Below are positions 1 to 9,009 of a stretch of 41,287 nucleotides of DNA, piece by piece. Under the pieces are notes generated by a model. It ran no database searches. It saw only the letters and a program-made list of their open reading frames with translations, and had not been told where the DNA came from. Both the position numbers and the translations under genes were made by a program. Source of the stretch: an uncultured Clostridia bacterium (lineage in GTDB: Bacteria; Aerophobota; Aerophobia; Aerophobales; B3-G15); the NCBI GenBank assembly GCA_964482715.1, contig CAYZYX010000012.1:1-41287 (forward strand). Direction: 5' to 3'. Position 1 is the first letter of the stretch, and each line of letters starts with the position of its first letter.

Positions 1-48
1 CGAAGATTTTCTTATGTGAAATCAAATAGTTCCCCCTGTTTTTATCTG

Positions 49-1617
49 CTAAAGACCAAGTATTGCTTGTACTATTTTTCTCTCAAAAAGCTCTATACAA
101 ACATCAACCACCCGGGGATCGTAAAGAATACCTCTATTCTTTACTATCTCCTCAATTATTTCTTCAACCCTTCGTGCAGTCCGATAAGGACGATTTGAAC
201 CCATGGCTTCAATCACGTCAGCTACACCCAGGATTTTTGCCTCCAGCAAAATATCTTTGTCTTTTAGTCTTCCGGGATATCCGGAGCCATTGATTCTTTC
301 ATGATGTTGTAACACAACTTCGGCAATCGGCCAGGGAAAATGAACTTTTTCAAGCATTCTGTAACCATCTTCAGCATGCCTCTTAACCAGATTAAACTCA
401 ACTTTCTCCAGTTTAGCAGGTTTGTTGAGAATCGCTGCCGGGATATATATTTTACCAATATCGTGAAGAATGCCGGCTACACGTAGTCCTTCTATCTGGT
501 TTTTTGAAAGTCCCATTTTTTTAGCTATACTGATAGCTAAGCTGGCTACTCTTTCCTGATGATTGGTTATGTAAGGGTCTTTTATTTCTACTATTTTTGC
601 CACAGTCTTGATGATATCATCAGTCATTATTTGAAGCTGTTCAACCTTCTGTCTCAGGTTTTCCTGCAATCTTAAAGCTTTTATCCCTATAGAAATATTT
701 CCAGCTATCTCCTGTAGAAATTTAACCTCCTCTTCTCTAAAGGCAGCCTTTTCTCCCGAAAAAATGGTGAGCACACCAATTACCTCTGTCTCGTCTATCA
801 ATGGCAAAGCTATTACTGAACCAAGATCTCTCTTCAGTGCCTCTTTCCTCCAGGGTTTAAATCGCAAATCATGAGCAATACTTTCCACAATAAAAGGTCT
901 CTTTGTTTTTACTGCCATACCAGCTGGTCCTTTTCCCAGTCTGGAATCATCCCATTTAACTTTTCTGGAAGAGGTAAAACGGGTTCCCCCGGTTCCCGCC
1001 CAGGCAACCGGTCTTATAGTGTAATCCCTGCCTTTTAATCCAATCCAGACAAATTTAAAACCTTCTATATCCACCAGGAGAGAGCATATTGCCTGGAAAA
1101 ACTCCCCTGTATTGTTAATTTCCAGAAGAAGCCGATTTACCTTCCGGATAATTCTCTGCATAGCATAAAGCCTTTTTATCTTGTTTTCCGCAATTTTAAG
1201 CCGGGTGATATCACGGTTAACAATTAAAAACAACTTTGTATCTTTATATTTTAAAGGTAAAATCATACTTTCCAGAATCACTCTACTTCCATCTTTTTTA
1301 AAGAAATTGACCTCATACAGTTTTCCAGGTTCTTCTAATAAAGACTTCTCTTTTAAAAAAGAGTTTGATTCTTGAATTTTCCCTGTAAATACCAGGTCTG
1401 AACCGAATTCTTTAAAAATATTTTTGCCAATTAACTCTTCCCTCCTGTAACCGGTTATCCTCTCCATATTGGAATTAAGATCAATTATCTTTCCCTGCAA
1501 ATCTATCAAGAAGTAACTATAAGAACCTTGTTCAAAAAGTATATCTCTAACGCAGAGATCCAGGATTTTCTCTTCCTCTCTCCTCTCCTTTCCTGCTTTT
1601 TCTCTAAATTCACTCAT
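49..1617 (-). CDS. PAS-GAF-HD-GYP cyclic-dinucleotide phosphodiesterase
   Basis: PAS motif (DLQGKIIDLNSNMERITGYRREELIGKN), GAF region, HDIGK, HHERINGSGYP and RPYR motifs; start moved to ATG at 1617 behind GAGGAG RBS (track ORF runs to 1779 into the upstream gene). Confidence 0.9.
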   Translation of the reverse strand: MSEFREKAGKERREEEKILDLCVRDILFEQGSYSYFLIDLQGKIIDLNSNMERITGYRREELIGKNIFKEFGSDLVFTGKIQESNSFLKEKSLLEEPGKLYEVNFFKKDGSRVILESMILPLKYKDTKLFLIVNRDITRLKIAENKIKRLYAMQRIIRKVNRLLLEINNTGEFFQAICSLLVDIEGFKFVWIGLKGRDYTIRPVAWAGTGGTRFTSSRKVKWDDSRLGKGPAGMAVKTKRPFIVESIAHDLRFKPWRKEALKRDLGSVIALPLIDETEVIGVLTIFSGEKAAFREEEVKFLQEIAGNISIGIKALRLQENLRQKVEQLQIMTDDIIKTVAKIVEIKDPYITNHQERVASLAISIAKKMGLSKNQIEGLRVAGILHDIGKIYIPAAILNKPAKLEKVEFNLVKRHAEDGYRMLEKVHFPWPIAEVVLQHHERINGSGYPGRLKDKDILLEAKILGVADVIEAMGSNRPYRTARRVEEIIEEIVKNRGILYDPRVVDVCIELFERKIVQAILGL

Positions 1618-1664
1618 AAAACTCCTCTCAAAATAAATAGTTAAAGTGTTTTTTTGAATTTTTT

Positions 1665-1699
1665 GAATAACCGGGAACAGGCTTTTATCCTGTTCCCGG
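1665..1699 (-). terminator. Probable intrinsic terminator after chemoreceptor gene
   Basis: Perfect 11-bp stem CCGGGAACAGG/CCTGTTCCCGG (1671-1681/1689-1699), 7-nt loop, followed on minus strand by TTATTC. Confidence 0.65.
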
Positions 1700-1744
1700 C
1701 ATATAGAGGGGTAAATGGGGAATCTCAATTTGAATTTCTGGACT

Positions 1745-3727
1745 TTACAGATTCTGAAGCTCATCAGCCAGGGCAGCAACCTCTTCTATTGCTGTGGCAA
1801 GTTCATTTATTCCCTTAGCCTGCTGCTGTGTTGAGGCTGCAGCTTCTTGAGCTGAAGTCGCCAGTTGTTCTATTTCGGATACCATCTGGTCTATACTTTT
1901 TTCTGTTTCCTGAGCTTCCTGAATCTGTCCCTCTGCTATCTTACCTAAATTAGTAGCTACTTCTCTCACCTCAGCCATGCCTTTATCAATGTTACCAAAA
2001 GCTTCCCTTATTTTCCCTCCATGTTTTGACTCTTCCATCACATTGTTGTTATTTTCTTCAATAATCTGAGAAACCTGGGCAATTCTTTCCTGAAAATCCC
2101 GGACAACATCTTTAATTTTATCTGCTGACTGAGAAGATTGATTAGCCAGTTCTCTTATATCGCCGGCTACAACAGCAAACCCTTTGCCATACTCCCCTGC
2201 TCTTGCCGCCTCAATTGCGCCATTTAAGGCCAGAAGGTTGGTTTGAACATTTAAGTTGGTGATTACATCAACTATTTTATCTATTCTTCTACTTTCCTCC
2301 TGCAGCTCTTCTATATCTTTCAAGGCTCCTTTTATTATCTCAACTGTCTGGTCAATTCCCCGGGTAATCTCCAGAACATCCTGAATAGCCTGTTTTTCCA
2401 GTTCCGCCAGTTTGTCCACAGATTTCTGCAGTTCCTTCACATTCTGGTTTAAAAACTCTGCTTTTTCTCTGACATCCTTTGTTCCCTTCCTCATTTGCTG
2501 ACTGGATGCCGATTGTTCTTCGGTGGAGCTTGCAAACTCCTCTATGGTGGAAGCAGCCTGCTGGGAGGCGCTGTTTGTCTGTTGAAGGGTGGCGGAAAGT
2601 TCCTCAGCTGTAGCGGCAAGCTCTTCGGCAGTCTTTTCACTCCCCGCACCACTTCTTATATCCTCAGCCCTGGTGGTAAGATCATCAGCTGTGGAGGAGA
2701 TTTCCTGGATGGATTTTGCTATCTGACGCATGGTTGAGGCTATCTCTTCAGCATTGGATGCTTGCTGTTCCACGGCGGAGGCTATCTGATTGCAACCGGA
2801 TACCACCTCTCCTGCAGCTTTTCCACCCTCCTCCTGGAATTTCCTTATATTTTCCATGTTTTGAGCAATGTCTTCGGTATGGCCAACTGTAGGGGCTACT
2901 GCATCACGGGCTTTTTCGCTTTTTTCAACCAGCTCTTGACCCTGCCTCGCCGCCTCCTGCACTTCCTTCACCACATTTTCCACTCCATTTTGGATTCTCT
3001 GGACAAGTTCCTGAATTTCTTTAGCCGAGTTTTCAGCCTGCTCGGCAAGATTTCTAACCTCATCGGCCACCACGGCAAATCCCCGGCCGTGCTCCCCTGC
3101 TCTTGCCGCCTCAATTGCAGCATTAAGAGCGAGAAGATTGGTCTGGTCGGCTATACCCAGGACTGTTTGGACAACATTTCTGATTTCTTCAGCTTGTTTT
3201 TGCAATGCGGAGGTATCTTCGGCCGATTTAGCATTCTGATTAGCAACAACTCTAACTCCTTCAATGAAAGAATCGGTTTCTCTGGCTGTATCGGTAATCA
3301 TTTGCTGAATTCCGGCAATTTTTTCTGCAGCCTCATTTACAACCCTGACACCTTCTCTTGCTGCTTTTTCCACACCCTGAACCACTTTTAGAATCTCGGC
3401 TGCTCTTTGGCCAACTTCCTGGGTTGTCTGAGCTGTATCCTCCACAACTTTGAGAGTCTCATTTCCTGTCTTTGCCGCTTCCTCTGTACCTGAGGCTATC
3501 TCGGCAATTGATGCTGCAAGTCTTTCTGCTATCTGCTGCCTCTTGGCGGAGGTTCGTTTCATCCTGACATCGTCCAGAGATTTCCTGGTTAATCTTTGAC
3601 CGGGGGCCGAAGCCGCTTTTTCTGCTAAAGCCGAATCACTCCTTGTTTCTCTTTTTTCCCTTTTTTCACCTTCTGGAAGTGGAGCAAGTTTTTTAGGGAC
3701 ACCGTTTTTTAATTTCATGTCAGCCAT
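1745..3727 (-). CDS. Cytoplasmic methyl-accepting chemotaxis protein with two signalling domains
   Basis: Two hairpin-tip motifs ([31 protein letters not shown] and [31 protein letters not shown]); no hydrophobic TM segment. Confidence 0.92.
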   Translation of the reverse strand: MADMKLKNGVPKKLAPLPEGEKREKRETRSDSALAEKAASAPGQRLTRKSLDDVRMKRTSAKRQQIAERLAASIAEIASGTEEAAKTGNETLKVVEDTAQTTQEVGQRAAEILKVVQGVEKAAREGVRVVNEAAEKIAGIQQMITDTARETDSFIEGVRVVANQNAKSAEDTSALQKQAEEIRNVVQTVLGIADQTNLLALNAAIEAARAGEHGRGFAVVADEVRNLAEQAENSAKEIQELVQRIQNGVENVVKEVQEAARQGQELVEKSEKARDAVAPTVGHTEDIAQNMENIRKFQEEGGKAAGEVVSGCNQIASAVEQQASNAEEIASTMRQIAKSIQEISSTADDLTTRAEDIRSGAGSEKTAEELAATAEELSATLQQTNSASQQAASTIEEFASSTEEQSASSQQMRKGTKDVREKAEFLNQNVKELQKSVDKLAELEKQAIQDVLEITRGIDQTVEIIKGALKDIEELQEESRRIDKIVDVITNLNVQTNLLALNGAIEAARAGEYGKGFAVVAGDIRELANQSSQSADKIKDVVRDFQERIAQVSQIIEENNNNVMEESKHGGKIREAFGNIDKGMAEVREVATNLGKIAEGQIQEAQETEKSIDQMVSEIEQLATSAQEAAASTQQQAKGINELATAIEEVAALADELQNL

Positions 3728-3780
3728 TTTTACACCCCTTACACCTTTTTTTGAAAATAAGATTCCTCCTTGTTTCAGGA

Positions 3781-3809
3781 TTGATTTTTTCTTTCTTCTT
3801 TCATATAAT
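3781..3809 (+). promoter_or_regulatory. Sigma70-type promoter for the DUF1670-like gene
   Basis: TTGATT-N17-TATAAT. Confidence 0.6.
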
Positions 3810-3829
3810 ACCTTAGTTAAATAGTAGGA

Positions 3830-3849
3830 TATGTGGCTTCTGCCACATA
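3830..3849. repeat. Palindrome copy 1, TATGTGG-N6-CCACATA
   Basis: TATGTGG CTTCTG CCACATA; same arms as 4717-4736. Confidence 0.9.
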
Positions 3850-3907
3850 CTATGGTAAAAAGGAATTTTTTGTCGATTTGTTTCTAATAGAAACCCAGAG
3901 GCAAAAA

Positions 3908-4726
3908 ATGAACATAAAATGGAGCAGCAGGTTCAAAGATAGAAGTGTTGGACTCCTGACCCACTATTTTCAGACCCGCTACAGATTCTCTCCCGCTCTC
4001 GCCGAAGCTCTATCAGCTGATTTTTTGAGACTATTCCGGCTTTTTAACCCTGATCGTCTGGAAGAAGGACAGGTTATCTATCATGTCGTAGCCAGAAAGG
4101 AACCATCCGGAAAATCCTTAAAAGACTGTGAGTTTGTCCCCGTCAGGCTTACCCTCTATCATCCGGAAGATTCAGAGTTCAAAAAGAAAAATGGCCTTAA
4201 GAAACTCAAACTCAGGATAATTAAGCGAATTACCCGGGAGGCGGTCCAGCAGGGAGGCTCACTGAGTCAGGAGGATATAGCAGAGCTCCTTTTTCTGGAT
4301 CGAAGAACAGTGGTGGAATATATCAAGGAAATTGAAGCTGAAGGAGAAAAAGTAATTACCCGGGCTAAACTTTCTCTCCTGTTTTTCCATCAGAGTCCCA
4401 AATTCAAAATAATCAAAATGTTTCTTAATGGATATAACGGTGCTGAGATTGCCTCTTCCTGTGGTTATCCGGAAACCTATATAGCCTCACATATAGACAG
4501 TTTTTTGAGGGTAAGTCTTTTCTATCGCCGGGGATTTGCACCTTTTCAAATTGCCCAGTCTACAGGAATTGAATTAAACTCGGTGAATAAACATATTGAA
4601 AATTATAACAGGGTGATGGCAGACGAAAAGCTCTCCCAACCTGCCAGGAAGATCTTTTCCTTCTACGAAGGACCAGAGGTAGTAGCCCTTCTAAAATCAA
4701 AGAACAATTTTTATGGTATGTGGTGA
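3908..4726 (+). CDS. DUF1670-like HTH-containing protein
   Basis: GQVIY...VPVRLTL...RITREAVQQGGSLSQEDIAELLFLDRRTV resembles DUF1670 proteins as recalled; HTH-like segments; ATG 3908 behind GAGG preferred to GTG 3833. Confidence 0.7.
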   Translation: MNIKWSSRFKDRSVGLLTHYFQTRYRFSPALAEALSADFLRLFRLFNPDRLEEGQVIYHVVARKEPSGKSLKDCEFVPVRLTLYHPEDSEFKKKNGLKKLKLRIIKRITREAVQQGGSLSQEDIAELLFLDRRTVVEYIKEIEAEGEKVITRAKLSLLFFHQSPKFKIIKMFLNGYNGAEIASSCGYPETYIASHIDSFLRVSLFYRRGFAPFQIAQSTGIELNSVNKHIENYNRVMADEKLSQPARKIFSFYEGPEVVALLKSKNNFYGMW

Positions 4727-4736
4727 TTACCACATA
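4717..4736. repeat. Palindrome copy 2, TATGTGG-N6-CCACATA
   Basis: TATGTGG TGATTA CCACATA; the gene's TGA stop (4724-4726) lies in the spacer. Confidence 0.9.
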
Positions 4737-4738
4737 AT

Positions 4739-4765
4739 TTATCGGTAAAAAATAGAAAAACTTTA
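4739..4765 (-). promoter_or_regulatory. Sigma28 (FliA)-type promoter
   Basis: Minus strand TAAA-N15-ACCGATAA versus consensus TAAA-N15-GCCGATAA. Confidence 0.72.
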
Positions 4766-4814
4766 ATAAGGGGTGAGCAGCGCAGATAAAAATAAGGCTG
4801 GAAAATCCAATTTC

Positions 4815-5933
4815 TTAAAAAGATGGGATATATCGCAGGTGAGAAGATGGAATGTTTAGTTTTTCCCTGTACCTGGTAACAGTGCGTCTTGCAATTTTTA
4901 TCTGATAATCTCTTCTGATTTTCTCTTTAATTTCTTCATCAGTTAAGGGACATAAGAGAAGGCCTTTTTCCATCATCTCTTTCTCCTCCAGAATGACCTT
5001 TTTGACCAGATTTTTCATCCAGCGGCGGGAAAAGAAAAACTTAATTGGCCTTTCCTCTCCCCGGGGAGTGAGAATACTTTTTCCCGCGATGGCACGACTT
5101 ATCGTGCTGGGACTAACACCAAGACTTCGGGCAAGCTCACTTTGACTGAATGGTAAAAGATCAATTAATCTTCCTGATATAAAATAGGGACGTTGAATCT
5201 CTTTAAGCTGGTGCAGTATTCTATAGATGGTGGTAACTCGCCGATTAATCATGTCAAGCTGTCTCAAAAATTCTGTGATTTTGTTTACCTCAGTTCGGGA
5301 AATTTTCTTTTCTTCTACCAGCTTTTCAAGTCTTTGATAGTCAATGTGATACCTGCCCTTAATAAGATAACTTTCTTCCTTGAGTGGACGGATAACAAGA
5401 TTACCCTTTTCCCATTCAAAAGATGCAATGAGAAAATACCCTGAAGATGTGGGAAAAGGTGCCGGAAAAGAATTATTCAGGAGCTGCTGCAACTGAAATC
5501 TGTCTATAAAATCCTTGAAAATGCTAATCTCGCTTGAAGAAAATTCACCTAATCTTGAGATTTCCTTAATCCCCATCTCTCCGGAAAGGACCCTGCGGAA
5601 ATTATCCTCACCTATTTTTCCCCCTATTCTTTTTAAAAGGTTTAAAATGTTATCCGATAATAACTCTTCAACCTCAAGCCCGCCTTTCTCCGGTAGAATT
5701 TCCTCCTTCAACTGGAGTCTTTTATGGTCTCTAACGTCGTAAAATTTCCTGAAAGTTATGATTCTGTATCTTTCCTTTAGCAGGAAAAATAAGGGGTCTT
5801 TCTCCATCTTTTCAATGTAAAGTTCAAAATCTGGTTCGGGCAGGGATAAAAATTCTGCTACTTTAATTTTTCCGATTAATTTCATCTGGAGCTTTTGGTC
5901 GGGTTTTTGTATCAGTTTAATCTTTTGAGTCAT
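4815..5933 (-). CDS. rpoN: Short, divergent sigma54 (RpoN) family factor
   Basis: Region I-like N-terminus (QKLQMK...LSLPEPDF...DPLF), HTH (SELARSLGVSPSTISRAIAGKSILTPRG...KFFF), RpoN-box variant ARRTVTRYRE. Confidence 0.85.
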   Translation of the reverse strand: MTQKIKLIQKPDQKLQMKLIGKIKVAEFLSLPEPDFELYIEKMEKDPLFFLLKERYRIITFRKFYDVRDHKRLQLKEEILPEKGGLEVEELLSDNILNLLKRIGGKIGEDNFRRVLSGEMGIKEISRLGEFSSSEISIFKDFIDRFQLQQLLNNSFPAPFPTSSGYFLIASFEWEKGNLVIRPLKEESYLIKGRYHIDYQRLEKLVEEKKISRTEVNKITEFLRQLDMINRRVTTIYRILHQLKEIQRPYFISGRLIDLLPFSQSELARSLGVSPSTISRAIAGKSILTPRGEERPIKFFFSRRWMKNLVKKVILEEKEMMEKGLLLCPLTDEEIKEKIRRDYQIKIARRTVTRYREKLNIPSSHLRYIPSF

Positions 5934-5948
5934 CTTAACCCTCCTTTT

Positions 5949-6209
5949 TTAAATTCTCACATCAATGAACTTACCTTTCCCATTAGGAAAATCCCCCGAT
6001 GATTTTTTCTTTTTCGCCTCATCCTCTTTTTTTTCATCTTCTAAAGAGATCTTTCTTTTTCTTTTTTCCTTTTTTAAAGAGGAATCTTTTTCCTGTTTTA
6101 AGTACCGGGAAAAACTTTTCCTGTCTGTCTGGGAATTTCTCTTAAAGAGTTTATTTATTTTTTGAGGAACCTGTGTTCTGGTAATCTCTCTTATATGATT
6201 TAACCTCAC
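5949..6209 (-). CDS. Small Lys/Glu-rich hypothetical protein with C-terminal KGKFIDVRI
   Basis: Fills the gap between fliA and rpoN in operon orientation, AGGTG RBS, GTG start. Confidence 0.7.
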   Translation of the reverse strand: MRLNHIREITRTQVPQKINKLFKRNSQTDRKSFSRYLKQEKDSSLKKEKRKRKISLEDEKKEDEAKKKKSSGDFPNGKGKFIDVRI

Positions 6210-6225
6210 TTTTTATCACCTGCCT

Positions 6226-6939
6226 TTAAATAGACAGATTTTTCCTTAATTTATTAAGAACACTTTTTAGCTTCAGGATAACCCTTCCATGTATCTGACA
6301 GACTCTTGATTCGGAAACACCCAGAAGCTGTCCTATTTCTTTAAAAGTTAGCTCTTCATAGTAGTAGAGAATGATGACCATTCTCTCCCTCGGGGACAAA
6401 TTCTCCAGTGCTCTTCTGAGTATTTCCTTCAATTCTTCTTTTTCCAGCACATCCAGTGGATTCTCAGCCTCCACAGAAGCAACTTTTTCCCGGAAACTCT
6501 TTTTTTTCTCATCGGTCTGTTCCAGAGATACCCAGGAAAAATGGTTTACCTGGGTGTAGAGTTTATAAAGATCGCCCTCACTGATGTTTAACTCTTCAGC
6601 AATTTCCTTATCGGTGGGAGTTCTACCTAATTTTCTCTCCAGTGATATAAACGTTTCTTCAAGAATGTCAGCTTTTTTACGCAGGGATCGGGGAACCCAG
6701 TCCAGACGTCGCAGCTCATCCATGATGGCCCCTTTTATTCGGGTAAGGGCGTAAGTCTTGAACTTAACACCCCGGGAAGGATCAAAACTCTCCATAGCTT
6801 TCAAAAGACCAATCACACCACTACTTATGAGGTCTTCCCGTGAGACCTGAGGCAAAAAGCTAACCGGGAGTCTATCCACAACGTACTTAACCAGGGGCAA
6901 ATACCTTATTACCAGCTTTTCTTTCTCATTTTTCATCAC
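6226..6939 (-). CDS. fliA: Flagellar sigma factor sigma28
   Basis: DLISSGVIGL, RIKGAIMDELRRLDWVPRS, GVSESRVCQIH. Confidence 0.96.
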   Translation of the reverse strand: MMKNEKEKLVIRYLPLVKYVVDRLPVSFLPQVSREDLISSGVIGLLKAMESFDPSRGVKFKTYALTRIKGAIMDELRRLDWVPRSLRKKADILEETFISLERKLGRTPTDKEIAEELNISEGDLYKLYTQVNHFSWVSLEQTDEKKKSFREKVASVEAENPLDVLEKEELKEILRRALENLSPRERMVIILYYYEELTFKEIGQLLGVSESRVCQIHGRVILKLKSVLNKLRKNLSI

Positions 6940-6966
6940 TTTCCTCTGTTAAACCCTGTGGTTAAG

Positions 6967-9006
6967 TTATAACTGTACAACACCTATGTTTTTAATCTTA
7001 ACTTCAGGAACTATCTCGTTAAAGGACAAAACCACCAGAGAAGGGATGAATCTTTCCACAATTCTCTTAAAGAATATCCTTATTCCAGGTGAACAAATAA
7101 CTATGGGCTCTTGCTGAAGGGAAAGTGCCTTTTTCACCAGGGGTGTCAACTTATCAATCATCTTCTGGATGATTGAAGGCTCAAGATGGATATAAGAACT
7201 CTTTTCCTTATGTTCTATAGAGCGTGATATCTCGTCTTCCAGTCGAGAATCAAGAGTTATCGCCCATATTTCGCCCTTATCATTTTTATACTGTTTACTG
7301 ATTAAACGAGCCAGACTCTGTCTGACATACTCGGTTAGAATATCTATATTCTTAGTCTGGGTTGCCCAGTCGGCAAGTGTTTCAAGAATGGTGAGCAGAT
7401 CCCTTATGGAAACTCTCTCTCGAAGAAGATTCTGAAGAACTTTCTGCACATCTCCCAGACTTAAAAGACCGGGAACAAGTTCCTCCACGACAGCCGGATA
7501 GTCCTGTCGCAGGTTGTCCAGAAGATTTTTTACTTCCTGCCTTCCCAGAAGTTCATGAGCATGAGATTTAATGACCTCTGTAAGATGGGTGATGAGAACC
7601 GACGAGGCACTTACAACTGTGTATCCTGCCCTTTCTGCTCTCTCCCGTTCTTCCTCCTTAATCCATATTGCCGGCATACCAAAAGCTGGATCTTTGGTCT
7701 TTATTCCTTCAAGAGGCCTTTCCACCATTCCGGTATCCATGGCCAGGTAATGCCTTACCATAATTTCCCCTCCGGCAACCTCCATTCCTCTTATCTTTAT
7801 GCGATAACGATTTGGTTCAAGTTGAATGTTATCTCTTACTCTTATGGGTGGAACAACTATCCCCAACTCCAGTGCTACCTGGTGACGTATCATGGTGATT
7901 CTCTCAAGAACATCTCCTCCCTGTGAGCTGTCCACCAGGGGAATAAGTCCGTAGCCAATTTCAACTTCCAGAGGATCAATGCGAAGAAGTTCCTCCACCG
8001 GTTCTTTTTTTTCAGAAGGAGCTTCCGGTAACTTTTTCTCTTCATGAAGTCTTTCTCTCTCCCCTCTGTTTACCATATAATAAAGTCCGGCCACCACAAA
8101 GGCCAGCAGAAAAAGGGGAATTTTGGGAAGGCCGGGCAAAAGAGCAAAGAGAAAAAGTAAAAAGGCGACAATAGCAATGGCTTTTGGTTGACTTAAAATC
8201 TGTCTGGTAAAATCAAGTGCAAGGTGAGATTCAGAGGAACTGCGGGTAATTATAATCCCGGCAGCTGTAGAAACTATCAAAGCCGGAATTTGAGACACCA
8301 TACCATCTCCCACAGTAAGTAAGGTATAGGTGCGAAGTGCCTGTTCAGGTGACATATGGTGCTGCAAAATTCCAATTGCCAGTCCTCCTATTATGTTGAC
8401 CAGGAGAATTATGATAGCAGCAATGGCATCTCCCCTGACAAATTTACTTGCTCCATCCATGGCTCCGTAAAAATCAGCCTGTCTTTCTATTTCAAAGCGT
8501 CTTTTTCTTGCCTCTTCCTCGGTAATAAGGCCAGCGTTAAGGTCGGCGTCAATGCTCATCTGTTTTCCGGGCATGGAGTCAAGTGTAAAACGAGCCGCAA
8601 CTTCAGAAACACGGGTTGCACCTCTGGTGATCACGATAAAGTTAATCACCACAAGTATTAGAAAGATTATAACTCCCACTACATAGTTTCCTCCCACCAC
8701 GAAGTAACCAAAAGCCTGAATCACTTTACCAGCATAACCATGGAGGAGAATCAACCTTGTTGAGGCCACATTGAGACTCAGGCGAAAAAGTGTTATCAAA
8801 AGAAGCAGGGAAGGGAATACCGAAAAATCCAGGGGTCTTTTCACATAAACGGTCAGAAGAAATATCATAAAGGTAGCCGCAAGATTCAAACTGAGTAAAA
8901 CATCAAGAACAACAGGAGGAAGCGGTATGACAAGAAGGACAACTATCCCCACAGCTACAAGAGAAAAACCTATATCGCTTCGTCTTGTTAACGATCCCGG
9001 GTTCAT
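6967..9006 (-). CDS. flhA: Flagellar export gate protein FlhA
   Basis: RVSEVAARFTLDSMPGKQMSIDADL, FYGAMDGASKFVRGDA. Confidence 0.98.
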   Translation of the reverse strand: MNPGSLTRRSDIGFSLVAVGIVVLLVIPLPPVVLDVLLSLNLAATFMIFLLTVYVKRPLDFSVFPSLLLLITLFRLSLNVASTRLILLHGYAGKVIQAFGYFVVGGNYVVGVIIFLILVVINFIVITRGATRVSEVAARFTLDSMPGKQMSIDADLNAGLITEEEARKRRFEIERQADFYGAMDGASKFVRGDAIAAIIILLVNIIGGLAIGILQHHMSPEQALRTYTLLTVGDGMVSQIPALIVSTAAGIIITRSSSESHLALDFTRQILSQPKAIAIVAFLLFLFALLPGLPKIPLFLLAFVVAGLYYMVNRGERERLHEEKKLPEAPSEKKEPVEELLRIDPLEVEIGYGLIPLVDSSQGGDVLERITMIRHQVALELGIVVPPIRVRDNIQLEPNRYRIKIRGMEVAGGEIMVRHYLAMDTGMVERPLEGIKTKDPAFGMPAIWIKEEERERAERAGYTVVSASSVLITHLTEVIKSHAHELLGRQEVKNLLDNLRQDYPAVVEELVPGLLSLGDVQKVLQNLLRERVSIRDLLTILETLADWATQTKNIDILTEYVRQSLARLISKQYKNDKGEIWAITLDSRLEDEISRSIEHKEKSSYIHLEPSIIQKMIDKLTPLVKKALSLQQEPIVICSPGIRIFFKRIVERFIPSLVVLSFNEIVPEVKIKNIGVVQL

Positions 9007-9009
9007 TTT

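Noticed and set aside
1-48. Possible TTG start of a further minus-strand gene behind a GGGGGA RBS
   Set aside because: Only about 8 codons lie inside the window; not supportable
1618-1779. N-terminal extensions in the ORF track (also 29131-29190 and 35349-35471)
   Set aside because: They overlap upstream genes, a terminator or UTR structure; better RBS-linked starts exist downstream
2762-3391. 209-aa plus-strand ORF and other antisense ORFs (e.g. 16209-16757, 7555-7926, 29706-30110)
   Set aside because: Fully opposite well-conserved genes, no motifs; shadow ORFs
3830-4736. Classical IS element or simple tyrosine-recombinase site pair
   Set aside because: No recognisable DDE, HUH or recombinase motifs, no clear target-site duplication, and the two 6-bp spacers (CTTCTG, TGATTA) do not match in either orientation; kept only as an open hypothesis
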